From NCBI RefSeq assembly GCF_009914755.1, contig NC_060929.1: a DNA stretch of 64,000 nt. One strand, written 5' to 3'. The notes beneath the pieces were generated by a model. The model ran no database searches. It saw nothing but the letters and a program-made list of their open reading frames with translations, and was not told the DNA's origin. Positions 43,091 to 61,450 of the stretch are shown here, piece after piece (positions within the stretch are counted from its first letter, which is position 1; the number at the start of each line of letters is the position of its first letter). The stretch is from the human T2T-CHM13v2.0 reference genome, Homo sapiens. Made by a program: the position numbers and the translations under genes.

Positions 43091-45717
43091 ACAATAATAA
43101 TCATCAGGCCATCAGATTTACATACTTTTCTGAAATTAGAAACAGCCATAGTGATAAGCAATAGTTTTCAAAGGTAGTTTTTAATTTTTACATGATAAAA
43201 TAGAATAATCTTTTTTTACATTTTTAAACACCATTTGAACACCATCCAAGCTGACTAATAAATAATATATCTAACAGTAAAATTTAAGGTGAGGAAAAAG
43301 AAATTAGAATTCATTTCTCTCATTTCTCCAAGACCTCTGCAACATCTTCCAATCTTTTTTGGCTCACAACAGTAAGAAGAGAAGCAAAGGTAGAAAAGAT
43401 GAAAGGAAAGGAGAAGGAGAAAGATCTTGGAAGGGGTATTTTACTTAATGAGGACAGGGTAAAATATATTTGTTGAATAAGATTAGCAACACCGCTCTCA
43501 TTTCTATATTGCCTCAAATAAAGGAAGGCATATATCAGGTCATACTTACATTACATAATTTTTGTAAAGCTTTGTATTTGTCTGGCAGGATTCAGCCACT
43601 TATCAATGCTGCTTAAATCCTTTTCCCACTGGCTTTCCTAAATGTCAAACCCATGACCAGTCCAAGTTAGTGAATGATTACTGTTAGACACGAGACCGAA
43701 GGCGCACATTCATGTCTACTCTCATTGGTTGAAAGCAGTAGATGGCTTACACTTATGTGTTTTGAGGATGGTTATACTTGCTTTGGTTGCTAATAATTCT
43801 CTTAATCTCCTTGTTTTTATTTATTATTTTGAAATAGCCAACCTCAGGTTGGCATTGCAGAACTTATAGAAAAGCAGACTGCATGTGATTACTTAACCTT
43901 GGGCCATGTGATGGGCTCATTATTGATAAGATTTTGGCCAGGTGACTCTTGACTATGAAACATGTAAAAGAGTTATGGAGGCATGTGCAAGAACAGTGCC
44001 ATGGGGTCAGAATAATTTTTTTCTTTCATATAAAGTGTCTTTTTGAGTTCTCAGAAATGCAGAAAGCTCAGGATTTATGGATTTTTATTTCTGTGTGGGG
44101 CTTAACTCCTCCTTGGAGTTTGTAGAAAATATAAGAAAACCTTGCCTTTATGTAGAGAAACCCATGTACAAAAAAAAAAAAATCCATTTGTAAATGTGGT
44201 ACTGTATGGTTCCAAAACTTTTGACTCTCTGGTAGCCTATGGTTCGTTCTCCGGTTTGGCACATCTTTCTCCTATCATGTCTGGTTTCTTAGGTACATAA
44301 TAACATAAAATAAAAATGATCCCTCCCAATCTGACTTTAACGAAGAGAAAGGCACCTGCTTTGCATGTGTTGTGTGGTGGTAAGGGGTGGGTACAAATTC
44401 TCAACTATGACTGTGGTCTCCAGTTACATCACAGTTAATAAATATAAACAATCTGCTTGCTTTGTCCCTCCTATTGGATGGCTGGGCAGATTCAGTGCTG
44501 TTGCACAGTCATATTTTATTGGACAAACTAAGTTGTTCTAGGTTTTCAAATTGAGTTATGGGGAGAAATATTGGGAAAGAGTTTTGAACTTGGACAAACT
44601 AAAGCTTGATTTATTGTTTTGGGATTTTACTTCTGACTCCAGGTAATTGTGTATTTTGATAAGTTTTTGAATGTGCCTTTGATTTCTTTTGATGAGGTAC
44701 AATTTTCCCAAATATAATTTTATGATAATTATTTTATATTTTGCAATTGCTTTGTTCCTTTCCTTTTGTGAACTCTGTTGCCTTTTTTAAACTTGAAAAA
44801 AATTGAATAGAAAGAATACATTTCTGGTTGAAGAATATGTGATTAATAGTAATTCAAATGTTCTAAGAAAAACAAATCTTGATTATTTACCCCACAAATT
44901 CCCTTGAATCACTCACATTGAGACTGATGTTATGTATTTTATGTTATTTTTTAAAGAAGAGATTGAGAATGATCTTTTTGTAAAAATGTCAGCAAATATA
45001 CCAAGTTGGGTAAATTTACTTTTTAAATCTTGGACATGTCTATCTGACCTAAATTCAAGTAATTGCTATTACTTCTTGAATGTTACATTTAGCATTATTT
45101 TTGATGTTTGTTTCGATTTATAGTCTCATAAAGGATCCAGCCTTCCCTTCCCTAAGGAATTCAACTCATCTCCCCTGGTGGGCATTCCATATCATCAGCG
45201 GTTGAGTTTTAATAAATATGGATAGACAATTTAGAGAAAAATGAAAAATATTTCCTCAAGTCCTGTAAAATTCACAGATTCAAATCTAAATGAGAAAAAA
45301 ATTGATCATTTATACATTAACCTGATTCCCAGTCTCATTTATCTTTATAATAAAAAATATTTGATAGAAATTCATGCAGGGCTAAGCTTTGTTATTTATA
45401 CAAGCGTAAGTTTATATTTAAGAGGCCAGGGAGAAATATAATGAGAATGAAGTGTTTAATATGATTGTAAATTTTTCTCTTTTTGCTAGATTTCTAGTCA
45501 AACTTCTTTTTTTATTATACTTTAAGTTCCAGGGTACATGTGCACAACATGCAGGTTTGTTACATATGTATACATGTGCCATGTTGTTGGGCTGCACTCA
45601 TTAACTCGTCATTTACATTAGGTATATCTCCTGATGCTATGCCTCCCCACTCCCCCCACCCCATGACAGGCCCCAGTGTGTGATGTTCCCCTTCCTGTGT
45701 CCAAGTGTTCTCATTGT

Positions 45718-49539
<3,822 letters not shown>

Positions 49540-49602
49540 TATGATGTTAGCTGGTTATTTTGCTCATTAGTTGATGCAGTTGCTTCCTAGCCTCGATGGT
49601 CT

Positions 49603-50614
49603 TTACAATTTGGCAAGTTTTTGCAGTGGCAGGTACCAGTTGTTCCTTTCCATGTTTAGTACTTCCTTCAGGAGCTCTTGTAGGGCAGGCCTGGTAGTGA
49701 TGAAATCTCTCAGCATTTGCTTGTCTGTAAAGGATTTTATTTCTCCTTCACTTATGAAGCTTAGTTTGGCTGGATATGAAATTCTGGGTTGAAAATTGTT
49801 TTCTTTAAGAATGTTGAATATTGGCCCCCACTTCTGGCTTGTGGAGTTTCTGCTGAGAGATCAGCTGTTAGTCTGATGGGCTTCCCTTTGTGGGTAACCT
49901 GACCTTTCTCTCTGGCTGCCCTTAACATTTTTTCCTTCATTTCCACTTTGGTGAATCTGACAATTATGTGTCTTGGAGTTGCTCTTCTTGTGGAGCATCT
50001 TTGTGGCATTCTTGGTATTTCCTGAATTTGAATGTTGGCCTGCCTTGCTAGGTTGGGGAAGTTCTCCCAGATAATATCCTGCAGAGTGTTTTCCAAGTGG
50101 GTTCCATTCTCCCTGTCACTTTCAGGTACACCAATGAGACGTAGATTTGGTCTTTGCACATAGTCTCATATTTCTTTGTGGCTTTGTTCATTTGTTTTTA
50201 CTCTTTTTTCTCTAAACTTCTCTTCTCACTTCATTTCATTATTTGATCTTTAATCACTGATACCCTTTCTTCCAGTTGATCGAATCAGCTACTGAAGCTT
50301 GTGCATGTGTCACGTAGTTCTCATGTCATGGTTTTCAGCTCCATCAGGTTATTTAAGGACTTCTTTACACTGGTTATTCTAGTTAGCCATTCGTCTAATC
50401 TTTTTTCAAGGTTTTTAGCTTCTTTGCCATGGGTTCAAACTTCCTCCTTTAGCTCGGAGAAGTTGGATCATCTGAAGCCTTCTTCTCTCAACTTGTCAAA
50501 GTCATTCTACATCCAGCTTTGTTCCATTGCTGGTAAGGAGCTGCATTCCTTTGGAGGGAGAGAGGCTCTCTGATTTTTAGAATTTTCAGCTTTTCTGCTC
50601 TGTTTTTTCCCCAT
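49603..50614 (-). pseudogene. ORF1: L1 ORF1p remnant
   Basis: MGKKQSRK at 50614; RRM block in the ORF at 49761-50159; several disruptions. Confidence 0.9.
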
Positions 50615-51039
50615 GTTTGTGGTTTTATCTACCTTTGGTCTTTGATGATGGTGATGTACAGATGGGGTTTTGGTGTGGATGACCTTTCTGTTCATTAGTT
50701 TTACTTCTAACAGTCAGGACCCTCAGCTGCAGGTCTGTTGGAGTTTGCTGGAGGTCCACTCCAGACCCTGTTTGCCTGCGTATCAGCAGCGGAGGCTGCA
50801 GAACCGCGAATATTGGTGAACAGCAAATGTTGCTGCCTGATCATTCCTCTGGAAGCTTCGTCTCAGAGGAGTACCCGGCTGTGTGAGGTGCCAGTCTGCC
50901 CCTACTGGGGGGTGCCTGCCAGTTGTGCTACTTGGGGTTCAGGGACCCACTTGAGGAGGCAGTCTAGTCAAACTTTCATAGTTTAAAGGAAATCATTTAG
51001 TCAGAGAAAGAGATAGAAATGACCGTGGGTTCCGCTAAA

Positions 51040-51175
51040 TGTTTTGGGTGTTGGCTATGCGCTAGGAACTGGGCAATTTGCTTTCCATATAATTTATCTT
51101 ATTGCTCCAATATCCCAGTGAAGATGAGTGCCCCATTCTACAAATGATAAAACCAAGGCACGGTAAGGTCGGGTT
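51040..51175 (-). mobile_element. MIR fragment
   Basis: Core motif CCCCATTCTACAAATGATAAAACCAAGGCAC. Confidence 0.65.
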
Positions 51176-52499
51176 TCTCACAGGATTCTTTTTCACCTCT
51201 CAGTAGAAGCAAGTGGTATGATTGAAGGTAGGGAAGTCCAGACAGTTAGAAAAGGAACACTAGTTGATCAAAGTGAAAAATGCAAGAGTTGATACAAAAC
51301 TAGTGAATCCTACATTAGGATTTCAATTAGAGTCCCAGTAAGAACTACTCACTGTCCCTTCTGCTTGACCTTGAGGCTCTCTGAAGGACCAGTAAGTGTT
51401 TGGATTCTCTTGATCCAGTGAAGCCTTCCAGAGTTCCTGGCCATAATCCCTAGAGCCCTTTTCTTGTACTGGCTGAAAACATCGAGCTATGGATTTTTAG
51501 TCCAGAATAGGGAGCTCAAAGTCATATTTCAAGTTGCATGTGTGGATATGTGTCCTGTTTGTTGGGGAAATGTGAACTCAGATACCCAGGGCAGGTATCA
51601 GAGCAGCTTGGAACATTTTTGTCCTACTTTTTCAGCATAGCTTCTCCTTCCCAAGTATGTGTGTACAGCATCTGGCCCTTGTTTTCCTAACTATCCTTCC
51701 AAACTCGTGTTTTTTGGCTTCTCCTTGGGAAGTGCAAGTTATTTGAATTCTGAAGAAAATCAAGAATAATTTCCTGGCTCTTGTGGGCCACCAAATGATG
51801 TAGTTTTTGAGCATCTACTTCACAGCATATTTCTGGGACAGTCTGCAGAGAAAGGTCCCTTCTATATTGCCACATGACGATAACTACCTACATTCTTTTT
51901 CCTCAACAAAAGAAGCTTCATGATAGCTGGGTAAAATCTCCTTCCAAATAACATAAAAGAAATTTTGATACTGTAAAATATCTGAATAAGTATTCAATAC
52001 TATACATAGCTTCACTAAATTGTATACAAGGCAATGATTCTAACTTTTATCATTGTTCCTCTTTGTTTATGGCATCACTACATCTGACCAAAGAAGATGT
52101 GAACTCATCACACAAAACTCAGTCAATGGTGCAATGTATATATTTTTTTCAAGATAACATAAATCTTTTATTGTAAGTCCGTTTATTTATGTTACAATAA
52201 GAGTATCATAAAAAACAAAATTATCTTATTAATTTAAAAACATGTGGGGTGCTTCTTGAATTTGTGTGTAATTCTTGTGCAAAGACCATGCAACTCTTTT
52301 TCTGTATCATTCCAATTTCAGTATATGTGCTGCTGAAGCAAGCACAACATGTATATTCTTGTTTATGACATATATGGATTTTCTGTATAATCAGTTTTAC
52401 CTCATCACTGAGGAGGAAAGCCCTATATATTTAAAAAGGGAGTACCATGTTTATACTGGGAAAGAGAAGAAAAGACACTGTAATTCATGGAATACTTAA

Positions 52500-52900
52500 T
52501 GATATAAGTGCTGTGTGAGGTGTTTTATACAGATTTTCTCTTTTAGCCTTTATTTAAAGACTATGAGCGCATTTTAGTCTTCCCATTTTATAGATTAAAA
52601 CTTAACCTAGAGAGGTTACATATTTTCTCAAATCCAAGTTGAGAGAATGAATGAACTAGAAAAGAAACCTAGCTCTATTTATGGAAAAATTTTATGATTT
52701 TCATACTAAACCATGCTACTGCTCCCCTATATAATTTATTTATTCATTTACTCACAAATATTTATTTACTACCTACTTTATGGCAGACACTATGCTAAAT
52801 TATAAGGACAGAGAAATAATCAGTATATGTTTTTCAATGGTAGAAAAATGACAATTAAAATTAATTTTAAAATACTGTGATTATTCTTTGAAAGGAGGAA
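52500..52900 (-). mobile_element. MIR fragment followed by an L2 3' fragment
   Basis: CCCATTTTATAGAT...AGAGAGGTTA (MIR). TTCATTTACTCACAAATATTTATT..CCTACTTTATGGCAGACACTATGCTA (L2, from ~52735). Confidence 0.6.
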
Positions 52901-53241
52901 AGATCTCTTCTTATATATTAATATCCTAGATAAATGCAAGAAAATTTTGTTACACAGTAAAACTTTATTCATGGTAGTGATTTGTGATGTATCACAAACG
53001 TTTCTTGCTACACTATTGTATGATTTAAGAGTATTTGGTATGAACTGCTAGACAGCAAGATCTAGTTTATGTTTAGATATATTGATTTTTCCAGACTAGA
53101 TATCGTTTTTTAAAAATGGGACTTTTAGGAGAGCTGTATTTGAACTTGTTACACATGAGTCTGAATTCTGGTTAAGCAGAGAAATCCATCTTAATGGAGG
53201 TAGGGTTGAGAATTGGAACTCTAGGTAGTGGCTCTCCACAC

Positions 53242-53516
53242 CAGTGGTTCTCAAACTGAAACATGCATCAGAATATCATATAGGGGTTGTTGAAACACAG
53301 ATTTCTGGCCTCTTGCCCTACTCCTGAAATTTCTGATTCAGTAAGTCTGAGATGGGGCAAAAAAATTTACATTTCTAATAAGTTATATTATATTTATATT
53401 TCTAATAAGTTCCTAGGTGATATTGATGCCATTAACCTGAAAAAATTTATATTTCTAATAAGTTCCTAGGTGATATTGATGCCATTAACCTGAGGACCAC
53501 ACTTGGAGAATCATTG
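53242..53516. mobile_element. MER5A (hAT-Charlie) carrying an internal duplication
   Basis: Termini CAGTGGTTCTCAAA ... TTGGAGAATCATTG; internal TTTCTGATTCAGTA.GTCTG. Confidence 0.85.
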
Positions 53517-54840
53517 CTCTATAGGAAATATTTTCATATCTTCTTATACAGAATAGGCAAAAATGGGAATAGTTGATATATTCCCTGGGCCAATCTGTTC
53601 TGACCACTACCAACTTTTGCCTTGGCCTCACTCTTGAGATCTGATGACCTTTCAGTTCATGCATTAGGAGCCAAAGAACTCACAAGATGAACATCAGTAA
53701 TCTCCCTCTTTATAAAATAGTTTAATTTTATTTTTAAGTTTTTTGCAGATATGATTTAGTTTGTTCATTTATGCATTCATTAAAATTAAGGTAAACTTCA
53801 GAGGACTTTGTTAAATGAGAAAATGTAGAAAGTTATATAACACAATTTTCCCTGTTTTCTCAGGGAAGTAAAAGCCAGTTGCACTAAAATCATTTTGAGG
53901 AAACAGATATGTATGGGGTGATTTGGTGCACATCTGTTGTTCAAAGGAAATTTTATTAACTTCAAACAGAATAAGTGAACTCCAAAAGGAGTGACACCTC
54001 TCCACATTGCAGAGGAGCAAACTGTGTTTTCTTGTACCTGGCACTTAATCCAACCGTCAAACCCAATGGGCATGAGTTTTGCTAACTTGAGTGAAGTGAT
54101 AACTAAACATTTCAAACTCAGACTTGAATGTTTTGGTATAAAATATAAAGTGCATTCAGCTGAAACCCTAATCTACAGCATTTTGATTTTTTCCCCCTTG
54201 ATTTATGTTTAGTACTTTGTTAGAAGGTTTGCTTTTCATTTGATTCCACATGGATGCAATGTTTCCTGTCTCATAGCCAAAGTCAACCTTTTAAGGTCTA
54301 TAGGAGTGTTGTAGGCATATAAATTTTAAGAAGTAGAGAGAACGCTAAAATTCAGGACCACCTAAATTGCCAGCAGCAGCTTTAGAACCACACAGGTCAG
54401 TCAGTGTCCAAGTGGTCAAAACAAAGACTACTCAGGGCAGAGCCTAGGAAACCTGACAGTCGCAAAGCTTGTGGAGTAGCGTTCCTCATAATGGAAGGCA
54501 AAATGAGACATCAGTGTAATCAGTGAAGGTTAAACAGACCTGGGATATATTAGTCATGGATCTTAAAACAAAAAAAAAGGCGGGGGGATGCTTTACACTA
54601 CTTAAAGAGATTTCTGCAACCTTATTTCTAAAGCTTGGCAGCCTTAGGAGGTAAAGAGTCTAGTTCATAAGGCCAGAAATTTTATGCAAACTTTTAAAAA
54701 AGTTCTTACCTTGGCTAATTGAGATTGGAATGCTGAAACAGTACTATGGAAGAGAGCCATGTACGAATAAGATGGAATCAAGTGGCTCTTCTGGGTTCAT
54801 GTAATTATTTTCTTCTTGTGGTTATGAAGATGATTGATGA

Positions 54841-55286
<446 letters not shown>

Positions 55287-56759
55287 TAGAATTGGAGGCA
55301 GCAGATGCATTTGATAAAAAATTTTAACACTTTTGAGAAAAGAACTTTGCAACATAATAAAAATTACAGCACCCAAAGAAGAAAATTTGTGGATCCCATT
55401 AAAGCTATGTAAAATCCACAAATAATTCTTTTGAATTATCCCCCTAAAGGGTCATTTAATTTAAAAGGAGAGAAAAATGCTTTTTATTAATTTTCATCAC
55501 CACACCTTCCCTGCCCCCATTCAAGAATGTTGGAATCAAAATGGAAAAAAAAAACTGGAATGTTTACTACAATATGTCCAAGTATTTGAAGGGTCTTACC
55601 AAAAGTAATGAAACTGTCAACATGGTTTCTTGTAAGTTTATTATGCGTCTATGAACTGGCAAATGTAGCACATTTGTTAGAAGTTTTCTAATATTCACCT
55701 TCAGAGTTCCTTTGCTGAAAATAATTCAGAAAGTCAGAGCTCCAGGAGCTAAACTGGAGTTTTTATTGATCATCAGGTGTCAAGTACTTAAAACTGACTT
55801 TGCTCCTTCAACTAGTCACATCCTTCAACTAGTCACACAGAATTAGGTTTAAACAATTTCCAGATCATTTGCCTTTATATTTTTCAGTTTCCTTGGAATT
55901 CTCAGCAATTTCTTGTAAGATTTCAAAACTTATGCTTAAGAATAAAAAATGTAACAGAATACAGGAAATTTTATTTTTTGAGCACTGACACTTTCGTTTT
56001 ATAGCAGTTACTGGGGGTGTTGACCTCTTCCTCAGAAATAGCAGTAGTGGTTTAATGAAGATTGTGAATGTTTCTTAGTTTATGTCTCACCCTAGCCAAA
56101 ATTAGAAAGTAAGTTATTGTTTTTCTATCCAGTCTTCATTTTATCCCCTCAGAAATATTCATACTATTTTATCACTAAGTATTTCTTTTTGTTTTCTAGG
56201 CTCATTACATAGGCTTGATCTCCCTGACCTAATACTCTTGCATGAAACAGGTCTTAGAGTATTCATTTGGCCAATTCTGTTGGCTTCATGATGTCCTGCT
56301 CTCCCAATGTTGTGCCACTCCTGGCCTAGTGCTTTTTTCAAAACATGTAGGCATCTAGGGTGTCATTTTCTCTTCTGTTGATGTGCTACAGGCACATTTA
56401 GGAGGATGGGCCCCAGAATACTTAAAAAAATACTTTCAATAGAGAGATAACAAGGTATAAGTATGTTGTGGTTGTTCAAAACATACTTGTTGTATAAAAT
56501 TTCCTGTTTAATGCTGGAGATAATGCATCTTGCCTTTGCACCTAACTCAAGTGGGTATTTTAATCTATTCAGATAGGTTGGATAGTGCCATAATTCAGTG
56601 CCATGGAAAAGACTTTCAGGTAGGGTGAAGAATGCCCTACCGTCAGGCTGCCTACCAACTTTTCCAACATATTTTAACTGCAGCCTGCTGATAATTCCCT
56701 AAAGATTATGGGAATATAAAGAGGTTATTTTGGATTAAGTTACTCGGTCCTTATTCTTA

Positions 56760-57600
56760 GAAAGTCATATTATACAATGTCAACAAAAACTAGAAGCAAA
56801 ACAAAAGAGAACATATGGGATGCTATAGGAATGGATAGCAGAGTGATCTCATCTCTTTAAGGGGTCAAGGAAGGCTTCCCAGGGAAGAAACATCCATAGT
56901 GAAACCTGAAACATAAGTAGATATTAACAAATGAACTCAAAGGAATCCAATATTGCAGAATCATAAAGTCAAGGGGTCATGCATTTTAGATGAGACTGAA
57001 GAGACAAGCAGGGACCAAGGATCACAAGGTCTGATAAGCTTTGTAAAGAAGTCTATTTATCTTAAGGGAGAGGGAGAACTATTGAAAAACTTTCAACTGG
57101 CAATGACATGAATAGATTTGCATTTTAAAGGCTATAGTATCCTCATGCTGTGCTGTTAATAATAAACACTTTAATGTCAATTAATTCATAATCCTCTTTT
57201 ACTAACCCATACATTAAATTATTACATAGCAACTACCGGGTAATGAGAAGAAAAGACAGGCTGAATGGTGGAGTCTGGGGTGACAAGAAGCATCACAAGA
57301 TATGAGATATAGGGAAAGAGGGAAGCATAGAATGATATACTTGGGTGAATGAAAGAAGGAAGGGAGGACAGAGAGACCTAGAGGAAGGTGAGCAGACAGG
57401 CAGTCAGACCAAACAAGGTGCTTTCGCATTCATGCACAAACTCTTTTAAGTCTCACAATCCATTTTGCAAAAGAGAAAACTGAAACTCAGAGCAGTTGAC
57501 AGCTCAAGAGAGGTAAATTTGCCCAAGATCACATAGCAAATGGCAGGGCTGGAATTTTAATTTAGATTCTTCCACTGTATATTCAATGCCTTTTCTGATA
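56760..57600 (-). mobile_element. L2 fragments plus MIR (~57440-57590)
   Basis: GGGGTCAAGGAAGGCTTCCCAGGGAAG (L2); CCATTTTGCAAAAGAGAAAACTGAAACTCAGAG...TTGCCCAAGATCACATAGC (MIR). Confidence 0.62.
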
Positions 57601-57944
57601 AGGAATCTTGTTTTTAAAGTTGGGAACATAACAAGAGTGAGTGGAGGTATAGTCTATATTCCAACATATAGCTAGAAGATAGAAATTACCCATTGTCATA
57701 AATTTGCCTGTGATTACCCCTCATTGTGAGACAGATATTCAAAATCAAATGCTTGCAACCCAGTGGAAGAACTGTATGATGTTCTTTACTGGGTGAATCC
57801 TTCTGTGATTTTCAAGGTAGAAAATGATTAACATTTCAATGTTCTCCCCTTCCAAGGATCTATGTAATACTGTGTAGACTGTCAGCTGCTGAACCACATC
57901 CAAATTTCCTTTTTGTATTCAGCAAGGCTATGTCATTTCTTGTT

Positions 57945-58085
57945 TAGTCAGTTGTTATTTTATTATTAATTTTATAAATATTTATTGAGGCTAATGTAAT
58001 CCAGGTACTGTTCTATGTGCTGGAAAACATCAGTGAAAAAAACAGAACATCTTTGTTCTCATTTATTTAGTGTACTTATATATTT
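57945..58085 (-). mobile_element. L2 3' fragment
   Basis: AAATATTTATTGAGG...CCAGGTACTGTTCTATGTGCTGG. Confidence 0.6.
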
Positions 58086-58416
58086 TAGTCTTTAATTACT
58101 CTGTGTCAAACAATAACACATTTAAAATTGACTTAAACTTTCCATTTTTAAATTTCAAAGGCTTCCATTTTTTCCCCTGCCCCCACATCTAGTTCCAGAA
58201 TATTGGGATTGGCAAAAATGTACATGCTATCCATCAATACACTTGACATTTTGGAGATTTTGATTCTTCCCTCCTAGATTTCATTGTTAAAAAGGAAAGA
58301 GAAGTGAAGTTCTTTTTATGATTAAACATGCTATGACTCTTAACAAGTATTTACCTTCTGATTCAATCCTTGCTTTTCCTTGTGTCATGATGTTCCTATA
58401 TTCTTATTCTCCTTAG

Positions 58417-58779
<363 letters not shown>

Positions 58780-60091
58780 TTATGTCTTTTTAATATGTGG
58801 TGTCTGCATTTGTAGCATGAGTGATAAGGAGCACAAACCAAATCTTGGAATTTGATAAAATACCTTCTTTCTAAACTATATGAGTTCATTTTCAGAGAGG
58901 TAATGTAACCATCCCAAATACCTGTCATTTAAACAACAAGTTGATTATTCTCTAAGGATACATATTATAGCCGATATATTTTATGGATAACCAGAGATGG
59001 CTTCTAAATTGTGATGATTTCAACCATATTCTGTCTTACTTAAGTTTCCAAACTGTGACATTTACCTCATTGTTATCCATCATCATCATCTATTTCTATA
59101 GATGTCCTATAGATATCTATTCCTATCTAGTCTGTCACCTTATTCCTATATTACTTCCAGAAAGGAGCATTCAGACATTGAGTTTATGTTGAATTGACAT
59201 ATTTATCTATAGTTCCTGACTCCAACTACCAAAAAAATAATCCTGTAGATTAGAATATAGTTTTTTGCAGAACTAAAAGGCATTAATCCAAAATAACTCC
59301 TGACCTTGTATTCATTGGTTGGTAAGGTTTGGAATACAATGACTTCTCCAAGAGCTAGTAAACAAAGGAGGGATCATAAGGCTAGTTATTGACTAGATTG
59401 ATGGCTGTAGGAAAAATTCCAGATTGGTTGCTTGCATTACCCCACTGGTTGTCAATTGCCACATTTGTTGATATCACAAATGTGCAGAGTAGCAAGAAGA
59501 TAAGATGCCCAGAAAATAGAGGAGAAGAATACTTCCTTGACCTTTAGTTTTGCTGAAAAATTGTGCTAATATCTTTCTGGATGGAGTATTGGGGCTATAT
59601 TTCTGATTACAGATGAAGAGAGGAAGCATGATTAAAGGCATGTAAAATGGAGCATGTGTGGAGAGCATTCGTGACAGCCCTTATAGGCTTGAACTCTGTG
59701 ATGACCAGAGCTACACATGATAATCTTTAGTGGATCTGCATCATGATTTTATACAAAGGTAAGGAAGTGGTTTTTTTCTTTTGATTTCATTTCCAAATTG
59801 AACATAATCAACATTGTTATTATTTTTTTTGCTTGTAGGGATACACTGGCCAGGTATCTCTGAGAACATCATGTCCTGGTGCCTAGGTCTTTTTCCTGAC
59901 ATTACAGAGTTCAATACGCTTTATGTACAGTTGGGATTTTCATTCCCAACTTTTAAGCATATTGTTACGGAAGTTTAACTGCTAGTTTTCGCTGATTTAT
60001 GTAATTTCCTAAAATCCATTTGCAGTTATTCCCTGCTACATACTGAGGAAAAGGAAGAAGGAGGAATAGATAAATCTAGTGTCTCTCTTGA

Positions 60092-60436
<345 letters not shown>

Positions 60437-60637
60437 AAATTTGCCTACTCTTAATCTGAAATATAAAATCATCTTCCAAGGGATAGGGATTCTACTTACT
60501 TATACTGAAACGTCGTCATGGTCTCTTTTTGTTATTACTATTGTTGCTTTATTTTGTCTTATGTAATCAAGAACAAGAGAAGTAATCATCCTTAGCTGGT
60601 TGCCTCAAAAAAATTTCAAGAAAATTGTGTTTTCTTA

Positions 60638-60961
<324 letters not shown>

Positions 60962-60984
60962 AGAAAAATTATGTTTTCTTTAAG

Positions 60985-61450
60985 AGTGGTGAGGCAAACT
61001 GGGGTGGGAACACAGAAGAGTGACCAGGATAGGCAGGAAACATGGTATTTTCCCTCTTGAGAACAGTGGAGGAAACAGGGTTGATTAGTCTAGAGAAGCG
61101 ACTTGCTGCAAACTTTCATTTATTTGAATGGTTCCTATGCAGGAGAGGCCTAAGGCTTAACCTTGGACCGCTTCAGAGGATAGGATTAGGACAAAAAAGT
61201 GACAATTATAGAAAATTTAATTTGAACACATTAAAAAATCGGTTTATTTCTATTGGTTTGAAATGTGAAAAATGGAAAAGGCTGTCTTGAGAGTACTCTC
61301 CTAAATGAGTACATAGCAGTAGTAGTATTTCCCACACAGAAGCTGGGAAGCTGGCTGACAACTTCGCTGGACTGTGCTGAGGAAATTCATACGTCAACTT
61401 GAGGGTTAAATAGATAACCTTGATGGTCCTCTCCAACTCTGAGATTAAGT
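60985..61450 (+). mobile_element. L3/CR1 3' fragment (may continue at ~60560-60620, before the Alu)
   Basis: TTAGTCTAGAGAAG, AATGGAAAAGGCTGTCTTG and terminal TAGATAACCT..GGTCCTCTCCAACTCTGAGATT, typical of CR1/L3. Confidence 0.65.

Noticed and set aside
52040-52180. Possible short coding exon ending at TT|GTAAGT
   Set aside because: No recognisable protein and no convincing acceptor or partner exons.
53361-53493. CRISPR-like repeat array
   Set aside because: Only two adjacent copies, no spacers and no cas genes, in a eukaryotic context.
56170-56260. Acceptor-like site (CACTAAG...TTTTCTAG), also a similar one at ~59838
   Set aside because: Only weak donors downstream and no supporting reading frame; such sites are common in AT-rich DNA.
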